Origin: Bacillus sp. (in: firmicutes)
Lineage (GTDB): Bacteria; Bacillota; Bacilli; Bacillales; Bacillaceae
Direction: 5' to 3'
Length of the DNA stretch: 64,000 bases
NCBI GenBank assembly: GCA_031180805.1
Contig: JAPSLL010000013.1
Location: 144-64,143 of the forward strand
Position 1 is the first letter of the stretch; each line of letters opens with the position of its first letter. Shown here piece after piece: positions 1 through 8,285 of the stretch. Made by a program: the position numbers and the translations under genes. The notes below the pieces were generated by a model. That model did not search any database. It was not told the origin of the DNA and saw only the letters and a list, made by a program, of their open reading frames with translations.

Positions 1-711
1 TTTATTTCTTTTTTCCTTTTCAGCACGATAAAATTCATGAAACATTTTCATGAGAGCTCTTTTTTCGATTCGAGAAACATAGCTTCTGGAAATACCTAAT
101 TCCTTTGCGATTTCTCTTTGGGTTTTTTCTTCTTTTAGATCCAAGCCAAATCTTCCAATAATGACTTCCTTTTCACGACCATCTAAAATATCAATATATT
201 CCTTTACCTTTTCTAATTCCATATTTAATTGGATTGTATCAATAACATCTTCATTTTCAGACTTTAAAACATCGATTAAACTTATCTCATTTCCTTCTTT
301 ATCCTGACCAATTGGATCATGTAATGAAACATCTTTTTTCGTCTTCTTCAAAGCTCGTAAATGCATTAAAATTTCATTTTCTATACAACGAGCAGCGTAA
401 GTAGCTAGCTTTGTACCCTTTCCTTGTGAGTAGCTTTCTATTGCTTTTATTAAACCAATTGTTCCGATCGAAATAAGATCTTCTGAATCTTCCCCAGTGT
501 TTTCAAACTTTTTTACAATGTGAGCAACGAGTCTCAAATTATGCTCAATTAGAAGGTTTCTTGCATACTCATCACCTTCTGCCATAAGGCATAAATATTT
601 TTTTTCGTCTGTTGCAGACAAAGGCTGTGGGAAGGCATTATTTTTTACGTAAGATACTAAGAACACTAATTCTTTTACAATAAACCCTAGCGCCGATAAG
701 AGCCCTGTCAT
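1..711 (-). CDS. sigK: RNA polymerase sporulation sigma factor pro-sigma-K, 3' end runs off the window (237 codons present)
   Basis: Absent from the ORF track because it is open at the window edge. Reverse translation from ATG 711-709 gives [40 protein letters not shown]...[21 protein letters not shown]...[17 protein letters not shown]...[34 protein letters not shown]. This is nearly identical to remembered B. subtilis pro-sigma-K, including the 20-aa pro-peptide. GGAGG lies upstream. The frame is continuous, with no skin-like interruption. Confidence 0.95.
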   Translation of the reverse strand, partial: MTGLLSALGFIVKELVFLVSYVKNNAFPQPLSATDEKKYLCLMAEGDEYARNLLIEHNLRLVAHIVKKFENTGEDSEDLISIGTIGLIKAIESYSQGKGTKLATYAARCIENEILMHLRALKKTKKDVSLHDPIGQDKEGNEISLIDVLKSENEDVIDTIQLNMELEKVKEYIDILDGREKEVIIGRFGLDLKEEKTQREIAKELGISRSYVSRIEKRALMKMFHEFYRAEKEKRNK

Positions 712-845
712 ACCTCCACCTCCAATAAAACAGGATGTAGGCTAATGCCTATAAGTAATGTTTATGTGAAAAGGAAGTAGTTCGTGCATGTACTATAAAA
801 TTAGATGTTTTTATCTCTTTTTTTTCTTTGAGGCTGTTCATCTTG

Positions 846-965
846 GTTATTTATTTCTTCTTGCAGCCATCACCTTCCGCAAGCATTCCGGGAGTCTCCT
901 AGCTCTTACGCCAGTGAGGTGTCCCTTTACACGCTTCTCCTGTAGAGGTCTCTCATATCCTCTCC
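846..965. repeat. Decayed copy A of a dispersed GC-enriched intergenic repeat (same family as 15353-15483, 17294-17395, 1502-1540)
   Basis: Local GC is clearly above the AT-rich flanks. By-eye alignment to the reverse complement of 15353-15483 and to 17294-17395 shows shared blocks: TTATTTCTTCTTGCAG vs TTGATTTCCTCCTGCAG, TTACGCCAGTGAGGTGTCCCTTT vs TTGCGCACTTGTGGGTCTCCCTTT, and TCATATCCTCTCC vs TCATATATCCGTTCC. Confidence 0.55.
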
Positions 966-1117
966 ATTAAACAAAATGCTAAGAAAATTAACAATAAGCA
1001 TTAACATAGCCTTTTCTTTAATAACTGATGTACGGAAATTACATATTAAAGCCTAAACGTTTTTAGATAATGGCACATATTTATAATGTAGGTCATTAAA
1101 AGGAGGAGAATAAATCG

Positions 1118-1273
1118 ATGTATGGATACGATGCATATGGTCCCGGCCCATATCCGTATTATCCAACTAAGGCTGGATTAGGTTATGGTTATTGGTATGC
1201 ATTTATCGTCGTATTACTTATTTTGCTATTAGTCATCGGTGGGGGATACTATTATTACAATTATATAAAATAA
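1118..1273 (+). CDS. Tiny Tyr/Gly-rich single-TM protein, YjcZ-like (51 aa)
   Basis: Below the ORF-track size cutoff. AAAGGAGGAG lies 8 nt before the ATG. Translation is MYGYDAYGPGPYPYYPTKAGLGYGYWYAFIVVLLILLLVIGGGYYYYNYIK. The hydrophobic core FIVVLLILLLVIGGG resembles the tiny TM sporulation protein family of bacilli. A hairpin terminator follows. Confidence 0.6.
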   Translation: MYGYDAYGPGPYPYYPTKAGLGYGYWYAFIVVLLILLLVIGGGYYYYNYIK

Positions 1274-1281
1274 ACTGTTTA

Positions 1282-1320
1282 AATGGCTCTCAATCTTTAT
1301 AGACTAGAGAGCCATTCTTT
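1282..1320 (+). terminator. Rho-independent terminator after the tiny TM gene
   Basis: AATGGCTCTC ... GAGAGCCATT 10-bp stem followed by CTTT. Confidence 0.6.
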
Positions 1321-1501
1321 GTAGTGATTAAATGTAACTAATGATATAATAACAAACGTCCATAAGTTGATACATATTTGTGGGAAAGGAAATACTAAGT
1401 TTGATTGTAAAGCTATAAAGAGTATAGATAGTGAAGAAAAAGAGAAATGTAAAAAAGGACTGTTTTCGTAAACTTTGTTGCTTTTTATAATTAGTCGTTT
1501 C

Positions 1502-1540
1502 GGTTGATTTCACCGTACCAGCGCTAAGCTCGAATCAACC
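1502..1540. repeat. Mini copy (termini only) of the dispersed repeat family
   Basis: GGTTGATT (1502-1509) pairs perfectly with AATCAACC (1533-1540). The left end GTTGATTTCACCGTACCAG resembles the ATTGATTTCCTCCTGCAG end of copy C and the equivalent end of copy A. Confidence 0.4.
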
Positions 1541-1586
1541 TTTACAAAATTTAGCTTATTATAACATCAATATTTTAGAAAAGATT

Positions 1587-1612
1587 AAAAAAAAGCCGAA
1601 AATCGGCTTTTC
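1587..1612 (-). terminator. Terminator of sda (hairpin AAGCCGAAAATCGGCTT, U-run on minus strand)
   Basis: Perfect 6-7 bp GC-rich stem with an A-run on the plus side, 9 nt after the sda stop. Confidence 0.75.
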
Positions 1613-1620
1613 CTTACATG

Positions 1621-1761
1621 TTATGATGAAGCTTTTAAAAGATGCCCTAGTGAACGGCGTTTAATCTCATTCTTAATTAGTTCTATAAAATCATCATTAA
1701 GCTTCATTTCCGTTGCTTTATAATAAGACTCGATTAATAATTCGTCAGAAAGTTTACGCAT
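1621..1761 (-). CDS. sda: Sporulation checkpoint inhibitor Sda (46 aa)
   Basis: Below the ORF-track cutoff. Translation is [46 protein letters not shown], which closely matches remembered B. subtilis Sda. GGAGGTGGAGAG SD lies upstream and a DnaA-box cluster sits upstream. Confidence 0.93.
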   Translation of the reverse strand: MRKLSDELLIESYYKATEMKLNDDFIELIKNEIKRRSLGHLLKASS

Positions 1762-1878
1762 GGTTGTTGGCCAACTATTTTGGCTCTCCACCTCCTAACT
1801 TTTTTCCGGTTAAATAATTCATCTTTTCTCTTGTTGCTATTAATCTAACATGAATAACCATACAGAACAACCGTTCTC

Positions 1879-1977
1879 TTATCCACAGTGAAAAGTGGAT
1901 AAGTTGTGGGTAGGTTGTTTGTAAAGTCAAAAAAAACTGTTATGACAAGGGGGATAATGTGTATAATATTATCCACA
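1879..1977. promoter_or_regulatory. DnaA-box cluster in the divergent sda / yqeG promoter region
   Basis: Perfect TTATCCACA at 1879-1887 and 1969-1977. AGTGGATAA at 1894-1902 is 8/9 on the other strand, and GGGGGATAA at 1949-1957 is 7/9. TATAAT at 1962-1967 sits 1 nt before the second perfect box. Confidence 0.8.
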
Positions 1978-2122
1978 ACTGTTGAAGAGGATCAGAATTT
2001 GTCGAAAAGTTTTTTAATTTTTCGTATACAGTTTGCATACTATATAAGTTTCTTTTGAAAGTATGCGATAATTTAGTTATGATGTAAGTTGGCAAAATAA
2101 GAATGTTGAGGTGTTAAAACTC

Positions 2123-2638
2123 ATGCTACGTTTATTTTTACCAGGTGAGTATGTAAAAAGTATTTTTCATATATCACCTAAGAAATTAAAAGAACAAGGA
2201 ATAAAAGGAATTATTACAGATTTAGATAACACTTTAGTTGAGTGGGATCGACCGAATGCAACGCCACAATTAATTGAATGGTTCAAAGAAGTGAAAGAAA
2301 ACGGGATGGATATAACGATCGTATCTAATAATAACGAAAAAAGAGTAAAAGATTTCTCTGATCCGTTAGATATAAAGTTTATATACAAGGCGAGAAAACC
2401 TATGGGAAAGGCCTTTTTAAAAGCAATTAAAGGGATGAACTTAAAAAAGGAAGAGGTTGTCGTCATTGGAGACCAACTTTTAACAGATGTACTAGGTGGG
2501 AATCGTAACGGCTTTCAAACAATCTTAGTTGTCCCAGTAGCATCAACCGACGGATTTTTCACTAGAATAAACCGTAAAATTGAACGTAGAATCATGCAAA
2601 GTCTAAAACGAAAAGGAATGATTCAGTGGGAGGAATAA
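2123..2638 (+). CDS. yqeG: HAD-family phosphatase YqeG
   Basis: DLDNTLVEWDRPNATP ... KARKP ... GDQLLTDVLGGNRNG motifs match B. subtilis YqeG. The ATG at 2123 has GAGGTG 9 nt upstream, so the track start at 2111 is probably too long. Confidence 0.93.
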   Translation: MLRLFLPGEYVKSIFHISPKKLKEQGIKGIITDLDNTLVEWDRPNATPQLIEWFKEVKENGMDITIVSNNNEKRVKDFSDPLDIKFIYKARKPMGKAFLKAIKGMNLKKEEVVVIGDQLLTDVLGGNRNGFQTILVVPVASTDGFFTRINRKIERRIMQSLKRKGMIQWEE

Positions 2639-2642
2639 AAAC

Positions 2643-3749
2643 GTGTCAGAAGAAAAGATTTCATGCATTGGATGTGGAGTAACGATCCAAACCGAGGATC
2701 CGGAAAAATTAGGATATGCTCCTGAAAGTGCTCTAGAAAAAGATGATATAATTTGTCAAAGATGTTTTCGCTTAAAAAATTATAACGAAATTCAAGATGT
2801 ATCACTTACAGATGATGATTTTCTTAAAATATTACATGGAATTGGTGAATCTAAGGGTCTAATTGTTAAGATTGTTGATATTTTCGACTTTAGCGGTAGC
2901 TGGTTACAAGGAATTCAACGATTTGTCGGAGGAAATCCAATTCTTTTAGTCGGCAATAAAAGCGATATACTACCTAAATCAGTTAAGCATCAAAAGCTAA
3001 TAAATTGGATGAAACGAGAGGCTAAGGAATTAGGTTTAACGCCTATTGATGTCTGTTTAGTTAGTTCAGCAAGAGGCCATGGGATTAGAGAGGCTGCTGA
3101 ACTAATTGAAAAATATAGAAATGGACAAGATGTGTATGTTGTAGGCTGCACAAATGTTGGTAAATCAACCTTTATTAATCGGATGATAAAAGAAGTTGCA
3201 GATGTTCAAGATGTGATTACAACATCATATTATCCTGGAACTACTTTAGATCTGATTGAGATTCCTCTTGACAATGGTGCATCTCTTTATGATACACCAG
3301 GAATCATAAACCACCATCAGATGGCTCATTTTGTTGATAAGCGTGATTTAAAGCTCCTAAGTCCTAAAAAAGAGCTAAAGCCGAAAGTATTTCAATTAAA
3401 TGAAAAACAAACGCTCTATTTAGGTGGGTTGGCGAGATTTGATTATGTAAATGGTGGAAGAGAATCTTTTGTGTGCTATATTCCAAATGAAATCACGATT
3501 CACCGAACGAAAATGGAAAATGCTCAGGCTCTATATGAAAAACATATTGGAGAATTATTAACACCACCTAGGAAAGAGAATGTTGATACATTCCCAAAAT
3601 TAATCCCACATGAATTTACAATTAGTGAGGGGAAAACAGATATTGTCTTTTCAGGGTTAGGATGGGTAACGATCAATAATCCGGGGAAAACGATTATTGC
3701 CTATGCACCCCAAGGTGTAAATGTTACGTTGAGAAAATCGTTAATTTAA
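2643..3749 (+). CDS. yqeH: Circularly permuted ribosome-biogenesis GTPase YqeH
   Basis: N-terminal CIGCG..CQRC zinc motif, with NKSD before GCTNVGKST (permuted G4-G1). High similarity to B. subtilis YqeH. Confidence 0.96.
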   Translation: MSEEKISCIGCGVTIQTEDPEKLGYAPESALEKDDIICQRCFRLKNYNEIQDVSLTDDDFLKILHGIGESKGLIVKIVDIFDFSGSWLQGIQRFVGGNPILLVGNKSDILPKSVKHQKLINWMKREAKELGLTPIDVCLVSSARGHGIREAAELIEKYRNGQDVYVVGCTNVGKSTFINRMIKEVADVQDVITTSYYPGTTLDLIEIPLDNGASLYDTPGIINHHQMAHFVDKRDLKLLSPKKELKPKVFQLNEKQTLYLGGLARFDYVNGGRESFVCYIPNEITIHRTKMENAQALYEKHIGELLTPPRKENVDTFPKLIPHEFTISEGKTDIVFSGLGWVTINNPGKTIIAYAPQGVNVTLRKSLI

Positions 3750-3764
3750 ATGGGGGGGAACGGA

Positions 3765-4607
3765 ATGGGGAATTTATATGGTGTAATTGGATGTCCAATT
3801 AGTCATTCTATGTCACCAGATATCCATAATCATGCTTTTCATGTTTTGAATATAGATAGCCATTATTATGCTTTTCATATAGAAAAAGAACAACTTAGTG
3901 AGGCTGTTAATTCTTTGAAATTGTTAGGGGTTAAAGGTTATAATGTTACAATTCCTCATAAAGTAGCGATTATTCCTTATTTAGACGATTTAGATGAGAC
4001 AGCGAGAATTGCCGGTGCAGTTAATACAGTTGTAAATGATGACGGTAAATTAATTGGATATAATACTGATGGAAATGGCTATATGCAATCGTTATTAGGA
4101 CTATTAGAAAGGCCAATTAATGAATATAACATGTTAATTATTGGTGCAGGTGGAGCAGCAAAGGGCATATATTATACGCTTGCATATAATGGTTGTAAGA
4201 ATTTAGATATAGCAAATAGAACGATAACGAAAGCGGAAGAATTAATTAACAACTGTCCTTTCGATAACAACAGTATGGCAATTACGTTAGATGAAGCGGA
4301 GCTTAAGTTAGAAAAGTATGATATTATCATTCAGACAACCGCAGTCGGACTTCATCCGAATATTGATGAAAAACCACTTTCTTTGAAAAATGCAAGGAAA
4401 TCTGCAATCGTAAGTGATATTGTTTATAACCCAATTAAAACGGCTTTATTAAAGGAAGCAGAACAATCTCAATTAACAATACATAATGGTGTCGGCATGT
4501 TTGTTCATCAGGCAGCAATTGCTTTTTCCTTATGGACAGGGCAAACTCCGCCAATTAATGAAATGACCGATATCGTGTACAAAAAATTAGGAGGGAAATC
4601 ATGTTAA
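3765..4607 (+). CDS. aroE: Shikimate dehydrogenase
   Basis: LYGVIGCPISHSMSP, NVTIPHK, NTDG and GAGGAAKG motifs. The ATG at 3765 is preferred because GGGGGG lies 6 nt upstream and the product aligns with the B. subtilis N-terminus. Confidence 0.93.
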   Translation: MGNLYGVIGCPISHSMSPDIHNHAFHVLNIDSHYYAFHIEKEQLSEAVNSLKLLGVKGYNVTIPHKVAIIPYLDDLDETARIAGAVNTVVNDDGKLIGYNTDGNGYMQSLLGLLERPINEYNMLIIGAGGAAKGIYYTLAYNGCKNLDIANRTITKAEELINNCPFDNNSMAITLDEAELKLEKYDIIIQTTAVGLHPNIDEKPLSLKNARKSAIVSDIVYNPIKTALLKEAEQSQLTIHNGVGMFVHQAAIAFSLWTGQTPPINEMTDIVYKKLGGKSC

Positions 4608-4891
4608 CTGGCAAGCAAAAACGATTTTTACGAGCAGAGGCTCATCATTTAAACCCAATCTTTCAAGTTGGAAAGGGTGGAGTAAATGAAAATATGATTA
4701 AGCAAATTTCCGATGCATTAGAAGCTCGTGAGTTATTTAAAATATCTATTCTTCAAAATTGTGAGGATGATAAGGATACTGTAGCTGAGCAACTAGTAAA
4801 GGGAACTGGTGCTGAACTTGTTCAAATAATTGGAAATACGCTTGTGTTATATAAAGAATCAAAAGATAATAAGCAAATTCAATTACCTTAA
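4601..4891 (+). CDS. yhbY: YhbY/CRS1-type RNA-binding protein (YqeI)
   Basis: LTGKQKRFLRAEAHHLNPIFQVGKGGV is the family signature. Overlaps the aroE stop by 7 nt. Confidence 0.93.
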   Translation: MLTGKQKRFLRAEAHHLNPIFQVGKGGVNENMIKQISDALEARELFKISILQNCEDDKDTVAEQLVKGTGAELVQIIGNTLVLYKESKDNKQIQLP

Positions 4892-4909
4892 TCTATATGG
4901 GAGGGCAAT

Positions 4910-5482
4910 ATGACAAAAAAAATAGGGATACTTGGCGGTACATTCGATCCGCCACATTTTGGTCATCTGCTAATTGCGAGTGAAGTATTAACTGAGCTTC
5001 AATTAGATGAAATTTGGTTCATGCCAAATAAAATCCCCCCTCATAAACAAGATAAACAATTTACGACAAGTGACCATCGTTTTAATATGCTTAAGCTAGC
5101 AGTAAATTCGCATGAGCAATTTCATATTGAAACAATTGAATTACTACGCGAGGGACCATCCTATACATATGAAACATTAAAAATATTGTGTGAAAAATTT
5201 CCAACGTATTCTTTTTATTTTATCATTGGAGCGGATATGATTGAATTTTTACCTAAATGGTATCGAGTCGAAGAGGTTGTTACGCTTGTAACATTTGTAG
5301 GAGTAAAACGTCCTGGCTATCAAATAGAAACGAAATACCCGATCATAGAAGTGGATGTTCCACAGTTTGATATTTCATCTTCTTTAATAAGGGAAAAGCT
5401 GAGATTAGATAAAAATACAGCTTATCTTCTACCAGAAGAAGTAAAAAGATATATAGAGGAGAATGGTTTATATGGAACGTGA
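4910..5482 (+). CDS. nadD: Nicotinate-nucleotide adenylyltransferase
   Basis: [12 protein letters not shown] (HxGH) and the SSSLIR C-terminal motif. Confidence 0.96.
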   Translation: MTKKIGILGGTFDPPHFGHLLIASEVLTELQLDEIWFMPNKIPPHKQDKQFTTSDHRFNMLKLAVNSHEQFHIETIELLREGPSYTYETLKILCEKFPTYSFYFIIGADMIEFLPKWYRVEEVVTLVTFVGVKRPGYQIETKYPIIEVDVPQFDISSSLIREKLRLDKNTAYLLPEEVKRYIEENGLYGT

Positions 5483-6044
5483 AGTGGCGCTAAAAATTGT
5501 ATCTGAACAGCTGACAGAGCGTAGATATATTCACACATTAGGTGTAATGGAAACAGCTATAGAACTAGCGGGTTTATATGGAGAAGATGCTAAGAAGGCA
5601 GAAATTGCTGCAATCTTTCATGATTATGCTAAATTTCGCCCAAAGGATGAAATGAAGAAAATAATAAAAGAACAAAAAATGCCGAGTATCCTTCTTGAGC
5701 ATAACAGTGAACTTTGGCATGCGCCAGTTGGAGCCTATTTAGTAGAAACAGAAGTTGGAATACATGACCAAGATATACTTTCGGCAATTAAATATCATAC
5801 GTCTGGGCGACCAAATATGATGTTGTTAGAAAAAATAATTTATGTGGCAGACTATATAGAACCAGGTAGACAATTTCCTGGAGTTGAAGAAGTACGTGAT
5901 ATTGCAAAACATAATTTGGATCAAGCGTTAATTAAAGCTATTCAAAATACAATTGTTTTTTTACTGAAAAAGAATCAATCCATTTATCCAGATACAATTG
6001 AAACATATAATTTCTTAGTATTAAAAGGAGGAAGTGCAAGTTAA
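5472..6044 (+). CDS. yqeK: HD-domain bis(5'-nucleosyl)-tetraphosphatase YqeK
   Basis: RYIHTLGV ... FHDYAK ... YHTSGRP ... VADYIEP motifs. The ATG at 5472 has GAGGAG 11 nt upstream and matches the B. subtilis N-terminus. Overlaps nadD by 11 nt. Confidence 0.92.
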   Translation: MEREVALKIVSEQLTERRYIHTLGVMETAIELAGLYGEDAKKAEIAAIFHDYAKFRPKDEMKKIIKEQKMPSILLEHNSELWHAPVGAYLVETEVGIHDQDILSAIKYHTSGRPNMMLLEKIIYVADYIEPGRQFPGVEEVRDIAKHNLDQALIKAIQNTIVFLLKKNQSIYPDTIETYNFLVLKGGSAS

Positions 6045-6400
6045 TGAATGGAAGAGAAATATTAACAATCGTAGCAAAAGCAGCAGATAGTAAGCGAGCT
6101 GAAGACTTAATCGCACTAAATATGAAAGGAATATCACTAATTGCCGATTATTTCCTCATTTGTCATGGGAATTCCGATAAACAAGTGCAAGCGATAGCAA
6201 GAGAAGTGAAGGAACAAGCAGCTGAAAGAAATATACATGTAAATCGACTTGAAGGTTTTGATGAAGCTAGATGGGTATTAATTGACCTTGGTGATGTTGT
6301 AGCTCATATTTTTCATAAGGATGAGAGAAGTTACTATAACCTTGAACGTTTATGGGGAGATGCTCCAACTGAGGATTTAACAAGTGAGCTAAATCAATGA
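6044..6400 (+). CDS. rsfS: Ribosome silencing factor RsfS (YqeL)
   Basis: ADYFLICHGNSDKQVQAI ... WVLIDLGDVVAHIF family signature. TAATG overlap with yqeK. Confidence 0.95.
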   Translation: MNGREILTIVAKAADSKRAEDLIALNMKGISLIADYFLICHGNSDKQVQAIAREVKEQAAERNIHVNRLEGFDEARWVLIDLGDVVAHIFHKDERSYYNLERLWGDAPTEDLTSELNQ

Positions 6401-7143
6401 TTTATCAAGGATTTGCTTATCTTTATGATCAGCTCATGATCGATGCTCCTTATGATGAATGGGTTGATCTTATTAGTGCATCAATAAGTAGCTATCTCCC
6501 CCATGCAAAGGAAATTTTAGATGTTGGTTGTGGGACTGGTGCGGTGACTATTCGTTTAGCAGAAAAACAATTTGATGTAACAGGTGTCGACTTAAGTGAG
6601 GATATGCTAACTGTCGCACAGGCAAAATGTAATGAAGCGAATGTAAAGGTTCGTTTATTACAGCAAGACATGAGAGAGCTTGCAGGCTTTGCACATCCAT
6701 TTGATGTTGTGACAATATGTTGTGACTCATTAAATTATTTGGAGAATGAAAGGGATGTAAAATCAACATTCCGTGCGGTGAATCAACAATTAAAATCTGA
6801 GGGTCTATTTATATTTGATGTTCATTCAATTTTTAAAATAAATGAAATTTTTGCAGGCGCGACATTTGCTGAGCAGGATGAAGATATCAGTTATATTTGG
6901 AAGTCATATAATGGTGATGAATCAAATAGTATCGAACATGATTTGACATTTTTTGTTTTGCAAAATGGGCATTATGAACGCTATGATGAACTTCATAGAC
7001 AACGTACGTTTCCCATCACAGATTACTCTAACTGGCTTAAAGAAGCCTCTTTTGATATCTTAACTATTTGCGCGGATTTTAATATAGATAATACTCCATC
7101 TGAAACATCAGAACGAATCTTTTTTGTTGCGCGAAAAAAGTGA
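6397..7143 (+). CDS. yqeM: Class I SAM-dependent methyltransferase YqeM
   Basis: ILDVGCGTG motif I. Position and sequence match B. subtilis YqeM. ATGA overlap with rsfS. Confidence 0.9.
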   Translation: MIYQGFAYLYDQLMIDAPYDEWVDLISASISSYLPHAKEILDVGCGTGAVTIRLAEKQFDVTGVDLSEDMLTVAQAKCNEANVKVRLLQQDMRELAGFAHPFDVVTICCDSLNYLENERDVKSTFRAVNQQLKSEGLFIFDVHSIFKINEIFAGATFAEQDEDISYIWKSYNGDESNSIEHDLTFFVLQNGHYERYDELHRQRTFPITDYSNWLKEASFDILTICADFNIDNTPSETSERIFFVARKK

Positions 7144-7155
7144 ATTTATTATGTA

Positions 7156-7276
7156 AGAGGGTGGCTCAAAACCAAAGGTTCAGACCCCTCAAGCACAATA
7201 TATAGACTAATGATGAGGTTAGTTTACTATATACCTGTGTTTGTTGGAAGGGTCAGTCCTTTTTGAGTCACCCTCT
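7156..7276. repeat. 121-nt imperfect palindrome between convergent yqeM and comER (probable bidirectional terminator or MITE-like element)
   Basis: AGAGGGTGGCTCAAAA (7156-7171) pairs with TTTTGAGTCACCCTCT (7261-7276). The stem extends inward (AAAGGTTCAGACCCCT with AAGGGTCAGTCCTTT), giving a roughly 30-bp interrupted stem around a roughly 55-nt AT-rich centre. Confidence 0.6.
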
Positions 7277-7372
7277 ATTTGTTTTAAAGGAAACAAGAGC
7301 TAATTGTTCACATCACAATTATTTAATAAAAAAATTCAATTTATTTGCAGGAATAAAGCCATTAACATTGAA

Positions 7373-8206
7373 TTATTTGTTTGGGATACTTTCGAATTGA
7401 AGGTTTACCTCTTCAATATCTTCGTTGTATTTTTCGTGAGTTACTTGAAAAATCCTTTTAAACATATCTCCAACTTCTTCTTCTAATACCTCTATTCCTT
7501 TTCCGGTAACTCCACCCTTTACGCATACTTTGTTTTGAAGAGTTGGAAGTGTGTACATATCTGATTCCAATAATTTTCCCATTCCAATAATCATTTCACT
7601 AGCTAGTAATACTGCTTGCTTCTTTGTAATCGTTGTCTCTTCCACAGCTCCATCAACAAATCTTTGCAGTAAATAACTAAAAAATGCAGGGCCACAGCTA
7701 ACAATATCCGATGATACCCTTGTTACATCATTTTGAATTTGAACAGGCTTTGAAATCTTTTTTAAAAGCTCTTCAATTTTATTTTTGGTTTCCTCATAAC
7801 ATGATTTACCATAAGAAACTAATGAAACACCAGAAAATGCACGGTTGGTAATGCTTGGAATGACACGTGCGACTTGGCATTTGACTACTGATTCTAGCTG
7901 ATCAACTTGTATAGGACTTGTAATTGAAATTAAGCACTTATTAGGTAATAAAAGATAATCAAGTTCTTTTATAAGGGGGTGAATCTCTAATGGTTTTACA
8001 CAGATAAAAACTAAGTCAGAACGCTTTAGAACTTCCTCAGCATTTTCGCAAACATGTACATCTTGATATATCTCTTTAATTAAAAGTGCTTTTTCAATCG
8101 TTCGATTCGTCATATAAATGAATGAGGGTCTAATTGCTCCCGACTCAATAAACGACTCAATAAGTATTCTTCCCATATTTCCTGTTCCAATAAAACCTAC
8201 ATTCAA
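7373..8206 (-). CDS. comER: ComER, pyrroline-5-carboxylate reductase-like protein
   Basis: N-terminal GFIGTGNMG Rossmann motif. Divergent from comEA as in B. subtilis. Confidence 0.9.
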   Translation of the reverse strand: MNVGFIGTGNMGRILIESFIESGAIRPSFIYMTNRTIEKALLIKEIYQDVHVCENAEEVLKRSDLVFICVKPLEIHPLIKELDYLLLPNKCLISITSPIQVDQLESVVKCQVARVIPSITNRAFSGVSLVSYGKSCYEETKNKIEELLKKISKPVQIQNDVTRVSSDIVSCGPAFFSYLLQRFVDGAVEETTITKKQAVLLASEMIIGMGKLLESDMYTLPTLQNKVCVKGGVTGKGIEVLEEEVGDMFKRIFQVTHEKYNEDIEEVNLQFESIPNK

Positions 8207-8285
8207 AGTATATCCCCTCCTTAGAATGCATATCTCTCATAAACAATATGAACATTCACTTATTTTTATGAATTAAATAATAAGG

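Noticed and set aside
846-965. Possible riboswitch or leader RNA for sigK on the minus strand.
   Set aside because: No match to any riboswitch core I can recall, and similarity to the other repeat copies explains it better. It is kept as a finding only in the repeat context.
788-970. 60-aa plus-strand ORF from the track.
   Set aside because: It has no SD and a low-complexity F/L-rich product. It is fully explained by repeat copy A plus a T-rich spacer.
1328-1513. 61-aa minus-strand ORF between the tiny-TM gene and sda.
   Set aside because: No SD, low-complexity product, and it lies in an AT-rich spacer running into the repeat hairpin.
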